64,000 nt of DNA from NCBI GenBank assembly GCA_028534125.1, contig CM052842.1, positions 12,276,001 through 12,340,000 on the forward strand, in the 5' to 3' direction. This DNA is from Lama glama (lineage: Eukaryota). Below the pieces are notes generated by a model. That model did no database searches. It had not been told where the DNA came from and saw only the letters and a program-made list of their open reading frames with translations. Both the position numbers and the translations under genes were made by a program. This document shows, in pieces, positions 51,195 through 64,000 of the stretch; within the stretch, counting starts at the first letter, position 1, and every line of letters starts with the position of its first letter.

Positions 51195-51660
51195 GTATTA
51201 GTTATACATTGCTGTACGAGATTACCCCAAAACATAGTGGCTTAACATAAATATGTTTTGTGTCACAGTTTCTGAGGACCAGGAGTTCTGGAGCAGCCTA
51301 GGGAGATATTTCTGGCTCAAGATCTCTCATGCAGTTGTAATCAAGCTTCTACCTGGGGCTGCATCATCTGAAGTCTTGACTGGGGCTGGAGGAACCAGTT
51401 CTAAGAAGTTCTACTCACATGGGGGTTGGCTAGAAGTCTCAATTCCTTGCCATGTGGGCCTCTCCACAGGGCTGCCTAAGTGTTTCAAGACATTGAGCTG
51501 GCTTCCTCCAGAACAAGTGATGAGAGAGGGAAACCTAAGCTAGAAGCCACAGTCTTTTATGACCCAGTCTTAGAAGAGATAGTCCATCCTCTTTTGCCCT
51601 CTTACATTGTGAGAGGGTACTGTACAGGGTGTGAAAACCAGGAGGTGGAAAAAGGACCTT
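51195..51660 (-). mobile_element. Old MLT1 (J/K-like) LTR
   Basis: 'tgtattagttatacattgctg...ctgcatcatctgaagtcttgactggggctggagga...gccatgtgggcctctccacagggctgc'. Confidence 0.7.
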
Positions 51661-52599
51661 CTTAAGGATTATTTTTTGTTGAATGTGTACTTAAGGTGTT
51701 TTTAAAATGAGATTGTTTTTACATATAGCGATAAGGGATGTCATATTGAGGTGAACAGAGCAGTTTTTCTATCAGTGTTAGATCTTAATCAGCTTGCATT
51801 TTTTTGTTTCTCTGTGTAAATGGTAATTGTATGTTTTAATTTTTTTTTACCATTTATGTACATCCATATAGATACACCATATAATTCTAAACTTTAATCT
51901 TGTAGCTCCCCACATTTTGTGATTATTTACTTAAGGGAGGATGAGGAGCTTCATTTTAAGAACTTGCCATATACCATATTTAGAGTACTTAAAAACAAGT
52001 AAGATTTTTTTATGGAATTCCCATCCACTAGGGACTCTTAACAAAAGTATCCCCATTTTTCTCAGCCCTTTGTATAGGTTTATGTAAGAAAGTGGCAGCA
52101 TTAACTATTAGCCTCTGGGATGAATTGGAGATAATCTTGGCTTTTGCTCAAAGAGAATATGAAAGAAGGCAAGAAAACATTTCGTACTCTAAATTAAGAT
52201 TTGTGAATAAAGATATTTCAGTGCCTTGGCTGAAATAGTAAAAGGAAAGTGTAGCCCCAACTAGACCCTGCAAGAGGAGAAGAACCAGAATGAGGAGAAG
52301 TATGAATAGAATCAGGAGGAGTTAGAGATCCCTAATAAGCTGAGAGCTTCTATTTCTTGGGCCTGAATAAGTAAATGAAGCTTTTTTACAACAAGTTATT
52401 TTTACCAATATGGGAAGAACCTAATTATGGCAATGTATTCCAATAAGCTTAATTCTGAATACTTTATAGAGTTACTGGGCATGTTGGAATAGCCTTACAT
52501 AGCTAGGGATTACTGCCTAGAAAACAGGTAATGTAAATAGGATTTTTCTCTTCCATTATAAAATGGATATATTTCTACTTAATAATCTTTAATCATCAT

Positions 52600-53520
52600 G
52601 TAACATATAACTTGAGATCCAGAGTTATACATGACAACAACATTCCATTATATCTCATGATTTTGTGGATCAGGAATATAGGCAGGACTTGGGTGAATAA
52701 TTTGTTGTTTCATGTGGTATCTGTGGAGATCACTTGGTAAGCAGCTGGCAAGTGAGCTGGCCACAGGGTCCAAGATGGCTTCACTCACTTGCCTGGCACA
52801 TTGTTGGAGATGGCTGTAAGGCTGGGCTCAACTGGAACTGTTGGGCATAGTAGATGCATGTGATCTCACTAGTATGACAGTCTTAAAGTGGGTCAGGACT
52901 CCCAGAGAAAATATTCCAGGAGAGCTAGGTAGAAGCTATAAGACTTTGTGTCAGTTTCCTATTGCTGCTGTAACAAATTATTACAAATACAGTGTCTTAA
53001 AGCAACACAAATTTATTCTCTTAGCATTCTGGAACTCCGAAGTCCAAAATTAGACTTAAGGAGCTAAAATTAAAGTGTCAGCAAGGCTCTGTCATTTTGG
53101 AGGCTTCAGAGGGAGAATCTGGTCCTTGTCTCTTCCAGCTTTTGGCATTCCTTGGTTCCTGGCCACATCACTCTAATCTCCGTTTCATTGTCACATCATC
53201 TTCTTCATTGTCCTTTTTGCCTCTCTCTTAAGGATGCTCATGATTACATTTAGGACCCACCTGGATAATCCAGGATAATCTCACTCTCTCAAAATCCTTA
53301 ATTTAATCATATCTGCGAACTCGCCTTCGCCGTATGAGATAATGTATTCACAGGTTGGAGGATTAGGATGTAGACATACTTGAGGGACATTATTCAGCCT
53401 ACCACACACATTTATGCCCTAGCCCTGGGAGTCCCGGGACACCATTTTTTGTTGTAAGCTATCGGTCAAGCAAGTCACTCAGGCCAGTCTAGAGCCAAGG
53501 GAAGAGAAATTAGGAGATAT
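52600..53520 (-). mobile_element. Old MLT1 LTR with nested younger MLT1C-like LTR (52947-53406)
   Basis: The inner element 'tgtgtcagtttcctattgctgctgtaacaaatt...gggacattattcagcctaccaca' splits an older MLT sequence ('tccaagatggcttcactcac' ... 'aagcaagtcactcaggccagtctaga'). Confidence 0.75.
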
Positions 53521-53843
53521 TCCGTGTAGGTGACCATTACTATTAACTGTAGCTTGTTCCTTTATATTGGTACATTGAAAAACTTAATCATTTCTGTAGG
53601 GCATTTTGTATTATATCTTTTTGTATTAATGCATACCAGTAACATATTAGGTTTCTGATAGTTTGCTTTTCTTAAGACTTTTGAACGTACGTTCTTACAC
53701 TGAGTNNNNNNNNNNNNNNNNNNNNNNNNNNNNNNNNNNNNNNNNNNNNNNNNNNNNNNNNNNNNNNNNNNNNNNNNNNNNNNNNNNNNNNNNNNNNNNN
53801 NNNNNNNNNNNNNNNNNNNNNNNNNNNNNNNNNNNNNNNNNTA

Positions 53844-54100
53844 TCAGGATTTCTCAGCCTTGGCAGTATTGACATTTTGGGCTGGATAATTCTTTGCTGT
53901 GGCAGCTGTCCTCCACATAGGATATTTAGCAACATCCCTGTCTTCTATCCACTAGATGCCAGTAGTACCTTCCCACTCTCCTCACCCTGAGTTTTGTCAA
54001 CCAAAAATGTCTTTAGGCATTGCCAAATGTTTCCTGGAGGTGACATTGTGTTGCAGGAAGGGGAGGAAGTTAGCAAAATAACGCTGGTTGAGGGCCATTG
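53844..54100 (-). mobile_element. MER20 DNA transposon (next to gap 53706-53841)
   Basis: 'attgacattttgggctggataattctttgctgtgg...ccactagatgccagtag...caaccaaaaatgtctttaggcattgccaaatgt' is reverse-complement MER20. Confidence 0.85.
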
Positions 54101-56229
54101 CTTTGTATGGAATGCTCTGTTTCATATCAATATATAAACAGAAAAGGCTGTTGCTGTTTTTGTTTTTTTTTTCAGTCCTCAGCCTTGTCTCTCTTCTTTT
54201 CCTGTCATCCACTGATACTTGCTATTATCAGTGTATTTTCTTTGCTTCTAGCTCATTTGCTTTATTTTACATTTATTTGTCTCTGGATAAGGACGGAAGA
54301 GTAATTCCTCACTTTTCCATCAGATTCTTCACCTCATTATCAAATAAATGAGCTTTGTATAACAGTTTTCCTTGATTGTGGTGTCCCTTGACTTCTAAGT
54401 TTTAACTAAATTCTAAATATTAGACACTTAGAAAATACGGCTTCCAGGTAAGTCAAACACTGCTGTAGTTTAATTCACCAGTAATTTAGTGGTGTTCATT
54501 TCAGTAATTCCTATTTTCTGACTTTTTATAGCAATTGTGACAGGCAAATTTTTGTAAACAAATTGGTGGATAGGAACCTTGAGATAATATAAAGTCTGCA
54601 ACTTTCTCGGGTCATCCAAAGGGTCAGGTGGGACTAAAGATAATGGATAATCTTGAATGTTGGGGATGATCTGATATTGAACCATTATTAGTGGCAACTG
54701 TTTCCATTTTTCTGAAAATAGTGGTGAGTTTGCATAAGCATACTCGTGTCTGTTTTTTTTCTTTTTTCTTTTTTGGTGTGTCAGAGGATAAAGCTAACTG
54801 AAACAAATAGGGACTAAATTCCTGAGTGCAGATTTTACTAGCATCTTGCTCAAGTCAGCTGAATTAATTAGTATGTAGATTTATAGGACTCTAGCCTTGT
54901 CTTTGACTCATAGGTTTATGTCTGCTTTAAGTTAATGAAAACAACTGCATAAAAGCAAGTAGTTACATGTTGAAATATAATAATGTAGTTACCTCAAACC
55001 ATCTGGTAAATGAGAGGCTCTTCTAGACAAAGGACTTTGTAGGTAACAAAATGTCATTCCTCTTACCCTCTGAAACATTTACTTTGATGGTTTTTGATGG
55101 CAATGTATTGGAACATACTGCCTTTTTCTCTGCCTTAGTAAAAGTATAATGAGCACAATTTAGCTTCTACCAGATGCCAGAGTCCTTATATCCTGTGTTT
55201 TAATACAATGATTTTCTTTGGGGCTACTTACTTCTATTTGTAGATGTACTAGTCATCACACCAAATGCCTCCAGAACACTGTGCTGTTTCAGTTGGCATG
55301 CTTTTCAGACTGTGTCATAGTGCTGGGGAAATGTGTTGAGCCTCTTCCCCCCCCCCCCCCCCCCGTGCCCTCAGACTATTCTGCTTTGTTCTGTCCTCCC
55401 TGTGGTTGTGGTAGACTTTTCTGCTGTGTAAGGAGGTCTGCTTCTTGGTATCTCTGTTATTGTTTCTGATGTCTGCTCTTTGTCACTCTTCCATAGTGGT
55501 TTTTTTTTTTTNNNNNNNNNNNNNNNNNNNNNNNNNNNNNNNNNNNNNNNNNNNNNNNNNNNNNNNNNNNNNNNNNNNNNNNNNNNNNNNNNNNNNNNNN
55601 NNNNNNNNNNNTTGCTGTTGCTAACACCATCTTCATTACTGTTACTTAGAAATAATTGAATATTTGCTAATTAAGTGAGGTTTCATGTAATTACTTCTCT
55701 CGGAGAGAGAAGGAATTATCTCTATTCTATAGACTGAGATGCTGAGGCTAAGAGGAGCTTGCCCAGCATCCTAAAACCTGTGTGGCAGAGTAGAGTTTTT
55801 AATTTAGCTTTCTTTGACTCTAAAACCCCTGTTCTTGTTATTACACCTTTCTGGGTATTCATACCTGGGATTTTTAACACATGCTGGAAAAAAAGGTAAC
55901 AACTCAAATGCTAAATATAAGTCACATGTGCTGATAACGTATCTTTTGTCTTCTGTATGTTTGCATAATATACAACATTCAATACAAAAGCAAATATGGC
56001 ATTATTACTTTGAAATTAAGGGAAATCAAAATAAAATCAATATGCAAAAAAGTTTATAAATTGTGAGAGGATTTTGAAAAAGTCAGAAAACTAGTATTTG
56101 GAACTTCTGTCATAAATCTCTTTCTAACCTTTACTCTAAGTTTTCTTTAGAGTTTTGAATGAGTTTTTTTTTTTTTAAACATCTGACATGCTATTTATAA
56201 AAAAGCTTTCTAAACTTTGAAAATTTATT

Positions 56230-56855
56230 TATGTAACAACTATTTGTTACTCTCCCTACCATATAATAGGCACAATATTGAATGTTGGGGGTATGTCAGA
56301 GAATTAATTCAGCAAAATACTCTTGTGAGACATTTTTGAGAGGAAAGATATGAGCAATAAAGTAAATAAGTAATTATGGATAATGTGTGCTATCAGAATA
56401 AACAGAAGGACATTTACTTAAGATGGTTTGGAAAGGCCTTTGTTTAGGTAATATTTAAGCTGAAAATAAAGGATTTTGAAGAAGCCATTCATTCAGACAG
56501 GTGAAGGAAGAGCATTCTGAGAAGGAAAAGCAAATACCACGATCCTAAGAAAGAGACTTGGCATAGTGTAGGAATTAAAAGAAGGCAAATATGAGTGGAA
56601 TGTAATGAACAGAGGGTAGAGTGGAATGGGATGAGATGGGTAGGTAGGTAGAAACGAAATCAATCAAGACTTTTCTGGGTAAACCATATGAAGGCCATTC
56701 AAGCATTTAAACGTGAGGGTGAAATAGTTGGATTTAAAGAGCCCCCTGACTGCCGTAGAAGAACAGATTGGAGGGTGCAGATGCATAAACTGGGAGACCA
56801 CTTGGGAAGCTGTTGCAGTAGTCTAGGCTAGCGATGATGGTGGCTGAGACCAGGT
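56230..56855 (-). mobile_element. L2 fragment
   Basis: 'gggagaccacttgggaagctgttgcagtagtctaggctagcgatgatggtggctgagaccagg' is reverse-complement L2. Confidence 0.65.
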
Positions 56856-58224
56856 GGCCACCTGTTTTTAGCTGCATTGTGTAGAAAATGTACAGGCCAT
56901 TTATCAAGTAATGTTTTTTCATTTTCTTTGGTAAGAAGCTTATAGAATTCAAGAAGATGATTGGAAATTTCATTTTTCAAATTAGAATGCCTAAGAGCTA
57001 GGGAGAAGGGATATGGGGCTTTCGGTGCTAAAATTGAAACAGTCCCAGGCAAACTGGATGGTTGGTCACCTTACCTGCCCTAAGAGTGACAATATTTTTG
57101 CCCTTCTCACAGATTAAGGCTTCTGACTCATAGAAGAGATTGAGAAAGGGATTCGAGTAGAGTTTTTCATGACCCTTCTGCAGTCCTGCGTTTCCTCTCT
57201 TCTAGGTCCATACCACAATGGACATTTTCTTAGGATTCCCTCTTTAACCTTTTTTGTGTCTGGTGGAATTTCTGGTGAAAGGACCTGCAAGAAAGTGCAG
57301 ACTCGCAAGTTTATTCCTACCCTAATGCCTTCACACTGTCCCGCCAGCCCTCACCCTGCCTTCACCTGTTCCCTTACTATTCTAGCTGAACTCTTCTTAT
57401 GGTGTCTGGTTGCATCTGTCTCAAGTAAGCAAGTGCTAACGTCCCCTCTGTCCTTGCAAGGGCCTGCTTCTCTTTTGATTTAGGGCCAATTGATTGCTCT
57501 GTGACATGAGTTCTCTTACCGATTCAAAATAAGCCATAAACTTGGATTTAGTTTTACTTTGTTTCACTGTCAGGGTGGGAGCAGTACTCTGTAGCTCTCT
57601 GTAGCCCACAGTGAAAACTAGTTTAATGTACACATAAAATCATCTGGGATTTTTATTGAAATGCAGAAGCTATTTCAGTAGATTTGAGGGGGCCTGAGAT
57701 TCTGCATTTCTAACAAGTTCCTAGTGATTCAGTGATTCAGGACCAGTATTTTGAATAGCAAGGTTATAGCAGGTGTTTTTGTTTTTAAGGTGAAAAAGAG
57801 TTGAAGTTATGTAGATAAACTCCGGCATGCTTGAATTGCAAAAGGAAACAGACAAGCAGATGTGAGAGTGATAATGTAAGATGTGGCATATTTTGTAAGC
57901 TGGCAGAATTTTATGTTTATGTGTAAGAAAGACCTTATGGTTAAAAAAATTATCATAGCATTTTTTCTACTCAAGGGGGCTTCTTAAAAACATTCCAAAA
58001 ATGTGAATTGTTAGCACTGATTTTATAGTTATGCAATGATCACTTTTGAGTAATAAATGCTGTGGAACAGATATATTCTTTTTTGTTCATTTAACCTTGA
58101 ATATGCTGTCCATTGGTTAAGTCTCATTTCTTCAGAGAATCCTCTGTCATACTTTTTTCTTCTGCTTTTCTTCATCCTGCTCTTCCTGTGCTTTCCCCAC
58201 TTAATTTTGTATTACTTAAAGAAT

Positions 58225-59900
58225 TCTGAAACAATCTAAAATTTATAGAAAAGTATTAAGTATAGCAGTTAGCTTTTTTCCCTTTCCCTGAATCATTCGA
58301 GAGTAAGTAGCTGACATGATGCCCTGTCATCCCTGGCACAGGCTAAGCTCCTTGAGAAGCAGTCTCTAAGGCAGGCAGTTTTTTCGGGAGTGCTGTTGGA
58401 ATCCTCACCTTAGAAAGGGAAGGGAAGAAAGCAGATTCGGGCAGAGGTAGAAGTAAAGTGATACGATCTTAGTGGAAGCCTTAGCTGAACCTGAGGAGAG
58501 TTCTAGAGATAGGAATGACCCTCCAGTGTTGTCCTGAGTTGGGTGAGAGGTCTGGGCCTCCACCACTGAGAAAATGAGCTATTGGATGTGAACTGCCCTG
58601 AGCAGGGGGCAGGGCCTCAGGTGAGGCAGCTCCCCGGGAGGATTGTCTCTCAGGAAGGACTTTGGGCAGCTAAGGATCGACTGCACCACAATGCCCGCTA
58701 TGGCCAGAGTACTTTGGCTTATATTTCCTACAAACAAGAACATTGTCCTATATAGGCACAGTGTAACATGGATACATTACTACCATCTTACACTCTGGTG
58801 TCATTCAAGTTTCACCAGTTGTCCCAATAATGCTCCTTTACCGCAGAACGATCCAGTCCAAAATTACATGTTGCATTTAGAATTTCCTTTATTTGAAACA
58901 GTTTCTCATCTTTCCCTTGGCTTTCATTATTTTGATCCCTTGGAGGAGTACAGACAGTTATTTTGTAACGTATACTTCAGTTTGGTTTTGTGTCTTTCCT
59001 CATGAAGAGATTCCAGTTATGGATCTTAAGCAGGAATATCACAGAAGTAATTTTATATTTTTTTATCCTAATAATATCAGTTGGCTCATGATTTTGATTT
59101 GTCTCTGATGATGTTAACCATTTCCAGGTTAACTATTTCTTTTGAACACTTGACTAAGTTACATTTGTCTGACTTACCACTATATAAAGTTACTGTTTTC
59201 CTTTCTGTAATTAATATTTTGTGCAGAGATATTTTGAGTCTATGAAATATCCCATTCCTCATCAACTATTCAAGTTATGAATTTGTATCAATATATATAC
59301 ATGGATTGTTATTCTATTTAATGGGTTATAATTCATTACTATTATTTTTGATCCTCTAAACAGTCCCGTATTTCACCAGTAGGAACCCCTTCAAGCTGGC
59401 TTCTGTGTCTTTTTGACGTGTTTCCATTACTCTTTGAGCGTTTCCTTACTTTCTAGCACCATAAGATGTTCTAGGCTTATCTTACACTTTTCCTGCCCTG
59501 GCCCTGGAATCAGCCATTCCTGTAGTGAGCCCTGTTTTTGTCAGTGTGGAATGGCATTTAGAAACCAAGACCTGGACATTAAGTGTGCTCATAGCTATCA
59601 GTGTGTTGATGTCCCAGGCCCCCACAGTGAACAGAGTTAGTAAATATATGAATATATATATTTATATACATAATAAATATCATATATATTTATATTTTTC
59701 CATCTGTTTACATCTATTATAAAATAAGAGTTCATAACAATTTTTCAAATTCTGATCCACCACCACAGGGTACATTCTAGCTTTTATCTTTCTATATTCC
59801 TAACTTTATTCTCTGATGGAAAAAATACCTGACTCCCATTATCTTTTTAGTATAATTATTCTTTTGATCATTCCTCCTATATGTCACCTGTATCCCATCA
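58225..59900 (-). mobile_element. Old L1 (L1MC/ME-like) 3' region with an inserted LTR-like fragment (about 58340-58700)
   Basis: 'gttctaggcttatcttacacttttcctgccctggccctggaatcagccatt...tggaatggcatttagaaaccaagacctgg' is typical of L1MC 3' UTRs. Confidence 0.7.
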
Positions 59901-59949
59901 CCACCATCAAATTTATCTCATTTTATTAAATGATTCTCTTTGTTTATTG

Positions 59950-61018
59950 CAGTCAGTCCCTGCTTTATACAGTTCCCATACGAATGAATTTTAGTAACTG
60001 TGCTTTAGTTAAATAACACCAGTCCATAACAAGGTTCAAATTTTATTTACCACAATAATTAACTGTGAGTAATTGCATGAAGTATTAACTTTGCTACTAG
60101 CCCCTCAGGCCACAAGTCACTGTAAAAACTTTTGTGCATTATGATTATGACTAATCATACCACTCTTTCATGGTCTGTCAGTGATCTGTCACTACTTATC
60201 TGTTGTTCAGTTTACACATAGACAGCAAAATATGTAGCTGTGTTGCCTCCTTGTCTCCCAGTGATAAACCTATAAGACATTTTTTAAAAATGGATGATCA
60301 AAAGGGAAGTGACCAAAAAGATGAAAATGCAGCAAAGCAATTAAAAGTGATAATGCTGAAGAGAAATTTTAATCAAATGTAAATGGGGTTGTAGAGGAAA
60401 TAGCTGACTGTGGGAATGTTCACACTGCTGTTGAACTGCTGCCATTTGAGAGACTAGCTAGGCAGCCAGAGGAGCTAAGAGAAGGCAAACTTATAGACAT
60501 AAATGAGGAAAGTGAGGAGGCTGTGATGAAAAGGATGAAGATGTTCCAGGGGAAATGACTCTGCTAAAAAATTCACTCACAGAGATATTTCATGGTATCA
60601 AAAATACGAAAGATAAAATGTGAGCTATTTCAGACTTAGAAAGGAGTGTGACAGGTCACCAAGGTGTAGAAAAGATGCTTGCTCCATACTGTAAGTTATA
60701 TGATGAGAAAATGAGTGCTAGCACTATTGAAGCTACTTTGGATTTTTTTTTTAGCAAAGAAATGAAACACATTACTTCTTAGTGTTTCTTATATTTTAAA
60801 TTACAGTATAGTACAGAAACAGTTTTAGTATTTTAAAAATTTCCCTCTATATTTATAACTGCTAGTAAGAGAATTTTTAATGGTTTGAAATAAAAAGTTT
60901 AAAGGTCATACAACAACTGTGATTTTTTTCCCGTTGGTCATTAAGATTGCTTTGAATGGTTTCAGCTCGCATTGTCATTTTATGTCCCCACACTACTGTG
61001 CAAAGTGAGGACTGCCCA
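59950..61018 (+). mobile_element. Non-autonomous TcMar-Tigger DNA transposon, apparently full length
   Basis: Degenerate ~23-bp terminal inverted repeats CAGTCAGTCCCTGCTTTATACAG and CTGTGCAAAGTGAGGACTGCCCA, the latter followed by TA; internal acidic transposase C-terminal remnant. Confidence 0.75.
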
Positions 61019-61120
61019 TATTCTAGTATGTTTCACTTCAAAATTTTGTAAACATTTTAAAATTTACATATATTTTATTTATGTAATTGCTTGAGTACAT
61101 TGATTTGAAAATATTTTTAG

Positions 61121-61201
61121 CAGGCAGATATCCCAAACCCGAGATTGCCATTGTGAAGCGAGCGAAGGAGGTATCATCAGCAGAGACCCCTGATAGTTTT
61201 G
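61121..61201 (+). CDS. Candidate 81-nt in-frame cassette exon of TMEM65 (AGRYPKPEIAIVKRAKEVSSAETPDSF)
   Basis: TTTTTAG| acceptor at 61120 and TTG|GTATAG donor at 61202; symmetric phase 1-1 and stop-free in the exon-1 frame. Speculative, with no transcript evidence available here. Confidence 0.35.
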
Positions 61202-63199
61202 GTATAGTACAATCTTGCAGTATTGATTGTTTGTCAGATGTTTATTGCAAGTGGAAAAGCATCTGTTTGACAGAACTTCTTGCTTGTTTGAAATAGAGTG
61301 CTTTGGTTATAATGACAGTCTTTTTTCTTTTTCTTTTTTTTTTTTTGAATCAGTGTTTTAGACTATCTACAGAATGTTTATTTTTATTATCTAACCCTAG
61401 ACCTTGTAGATATGATGGACTAATAATTGCATGTTTAATTAACTGAAGAATTACATTTATGACCTTAACAAAAGACAAAATCACTTATATGTAATTATAT
61501 TTAAATAGCGTATTTTAAAAGTTGTTGAAATAACCATAACAAGTGAGACATAGGAAGCAACAAAGATTGAATTTCTTTAGGATGAATGAATAGGACAAAA
61601 GGGCCACACACAGGGAAACCCTCAGAATATTGCAAAGGAAAAGTGTATTTAAGTAACTGAGCTTTAGGAATATGCATTTAAAAAATATACCCTTGAATAG
61701 TTTGAAAGCCTTATATAAGTTCATTTTAGGGCCATTCATGAAGGTTTTTTTAGATGCAGTCTCCATGCAGCTTGGTATCTAACTTATGTTGCATGCTGTG
61801 GTGGTGGTGGTGGTAGTAAAGGAATTGTGCTGAGTGTGCGTGTGTGTATGGGGTGGAGGAGGGAAGAAGAAATGAAAATAAATGTCTCTCTGTCCATATT
61901 TTATTTTTTGATTACTATTTAATAGACGCATTGCCTAAGAAGTATAACACAATGTATTGAAAAGAATCAGAAATATTTTATGGACCAATTGAAATTTTGT
62001 AAGGATAAAGGGTAAATATAACTCGGTTTTCTTAGGCTGTACGTATACTGTCAAGAGCAAAAAGCTAGATTGTGAGAACCTCCAAGAAATGTAGAGGCTT
62101 AGGGTGTATGTGTGTGTGTATACACATATGCACACATGTATGTATATATTAACATATTAGTGCATTGCAACATTCCCCTAGTTTGCTCTACTTTGCCAGT
62201 TCTAATGTAATTCTGAAATTGAAAAATTTTAATCTCTGTGTGTGCAGAAGTCAAACGTTTAGTGAAAATGTCTTTTGAAGGGTAAAGTTTTAATTGTGAA
62301 TTATTCTGGATTGTTTAAATAGCTCTCATTTTTAGGACAATGTAAGGGGAAAGAAATGATATTTATTCTATGTATGATGGCAAATTACATCACTAGGAGG
62401 TAAGGTTCTGCTGAACAATAACTAAACTAATAGTAGGATTTAACCTTTCAGTGATCACCTTTTGAGACTCAGTCTTTAGTTGTATCCCCCTAATGCACTG
62501 CAGTGTGCTTCTACATGAATGTTTAGGTGGTACCTCTCTATTTTTTTTTTAAATCCTACTGGTTACACAATAAAGAAGAAATATAGAATCAGAATCTTAG
62601 AGCTAAAAAGGATCCAGAGACCGAAACTCATTTTATATAGCATGAAACTGATATATATATATAAGAGCAGGGATTAGTGTCAAGGTCTTTGGATTTTTAG
62701 TTCAGTGCTCTTTTCACTGTAATAAATTTATTCAGCATTAGCAGGGGAGATTAGTACTAGACTATAGGGTATCCAGTTGCTCTGAAACCAGAAACCATGT
62801 AAATTTCCCATTTAGAAATGTTGTATTTGGTAACCTTAATAAATTAGTTGATTTCCTCCTCTTTCTTTTAACTTTGATGGAGTTTTGAAAATGACTTATC
62901 TGAAAGGGAATGATTTCTTAAGAGAGAAAAAAGGCAATTTGAAAAGGTATTAGTATTTTAGTTAATTGTGGTTTTACTTCAATTTCAAATATTAATGCAT
63001 GACCAATGTTTTGACAATGTCTTTTACATATGATTGATTCTTGGTTCTTCTATGTCTTCCTATTGAGAATTTACTCATTGAAAGAGAAGTAGAACAAGAA
63101 AATGAGAATCTGGGTTCTAGACCCAGTTGTGTGTCCTTAAGTCAGTCACTTAACTACTCTGGACCTGAGTGGCTGGATATTCAAAATGGAGAATTAAGT

Positions 63200-63393
63200 C
63201 AGTATTTCTCAGTGGGCATACTCTTGGCTTCTGGCTGGATGATAATTCTTTATGAAAGACTCTCTTACGCATTGTAGCATGTTTAGAATCCCTAATGCCA
63301 GTAGCATTTCTCAGTCATTATCACATCCCCAAACAACCCTACATTTACAAGCACCTTCTAGGGTGAGGTACTACCCCATATTGAGAACCATTG
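63200..63393 (-). mobile_element. MER20-family (MER20B-like) fragment
   Basis: 'cagtatttctcagtggg...ggatgataattcttt...cattgtagcatgtttag...ttgagaaccattg'. Confidence 0.55.
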
Positions 63394-64000
63394 GCAGATT
63401 GTTTCTAAGGATCCTTTCACTTCTAACATTCCATGAAGGGCTTCTTATACGGGGAATGATTGAAAGGGAAAAAGTCTTCATTGACTAAAAAAAAAAATCT
63501 CTGTTCCTTCCTAGTATTAAGCAATTTTATCTTAAAATGAATGTTTTCTGGGGAATCTATGTCATTATATCCACAGATAGATCAAACACTAATGATGTTC
63601 CAAGGTGAATTATTATTTTTTCTAGCTCACTTTAAGCTCTCCATCTATAATATGATATATCCCTGTTATATATACTTAGTTACATGGTTTTTTAACTAAA
63701 AGTTTTATCATACTGTCTCTATACCTAATAAGTAAAAGTAACAAGATCTGTTTTTTAAAAAAACTTGTACTGTTGTTTTAATATCTTAGCCTTTAAAAAA
63801 AGGGAAATTATTATGTATGGTAATTATTTTCCTTGTCTGTTTTCCTTTGGCATGAAGGAAGGAAAGGGATATAGTCTCTGTTAGGCAATGTATAAATTGT
63901 TTCAAATATACAAGTTAGACGTGTAAAAGCAACCACAAATCAATAGTATGTTTGATTATCCTTAAAAAAAAAAACCTTGAAATGAGGGAAATAAATTACT

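Noticed and set aside
53949-53963. CCACTAGATGCCAG CTCF-like motif
   Set aside because: Part of the MER20 consensus and mismatched in the GGC core.
56851-56864. Perfect 14-bp palindrome CAGGTGGCCACCTG
   Set aside because: Lies at the junction of an L2 and a probable hAT terminal repeat; a few palindromes of this length are expected by chance in 64 kb.
48175-64000. Search for canonical TMEM65 exon 2 (EKLEAPPPTPGQLRY)
   Set aside because: Not found by eye; intron 1 evidently extends beyond the window.
1-64000. CRISPR arrays, rRNA or prokaryotic-type systems
   Set aside because: No regularly spaced repeats or rRNA-like sequence seen; the window is mammalian nuclear DNA.

Overview
Mammalian genomic DNA, very probably a camelid (camel/alpaca/llama): it carries tRNA-Ala-derived vic-1-type SINEs and I saw no Bov-A/Bov-tA or Alu elements. 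The window is the RNF139-TRMT12-TMEM65 syntenic block (human 8q24.13 order, shown reversed). It contains three genes. (1) The 5' end of RNF139/TRC8 on the minus strand; exon 1 is partly hidden in an N-gap and exon 2 lies outside the window. (2) The complete intronless TRMT12/TYW2 CDS (minus strand, 439 aa). (3) Exon 1 and about 16 kb of intron 1 of TMEM65 (plus strand). Each gene has a CpG-rich promoter. The rest is repeat-rich (L1, L2/MIR, MaLR and ERV1 LTRs, a decayed ERVL pol, hAT/Tigger DNA elements) with seven assembly gaps. No wholly new gene system is demonstrable. The best leads are a candidate frame-preserving 81-nt cassette exon in TMEM65 intron 1 with downstream QKI/RBFOX motifs, upstream ORFs and a consensus splice donor in the TRMT12 leader, uORFs in the RNF139 and TMEM65 leaders, two strong co-oriented CTCF motifs, and several young insertions with target-site duplications. 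Gene and repeat names come from recognition by memory, not from database searches.
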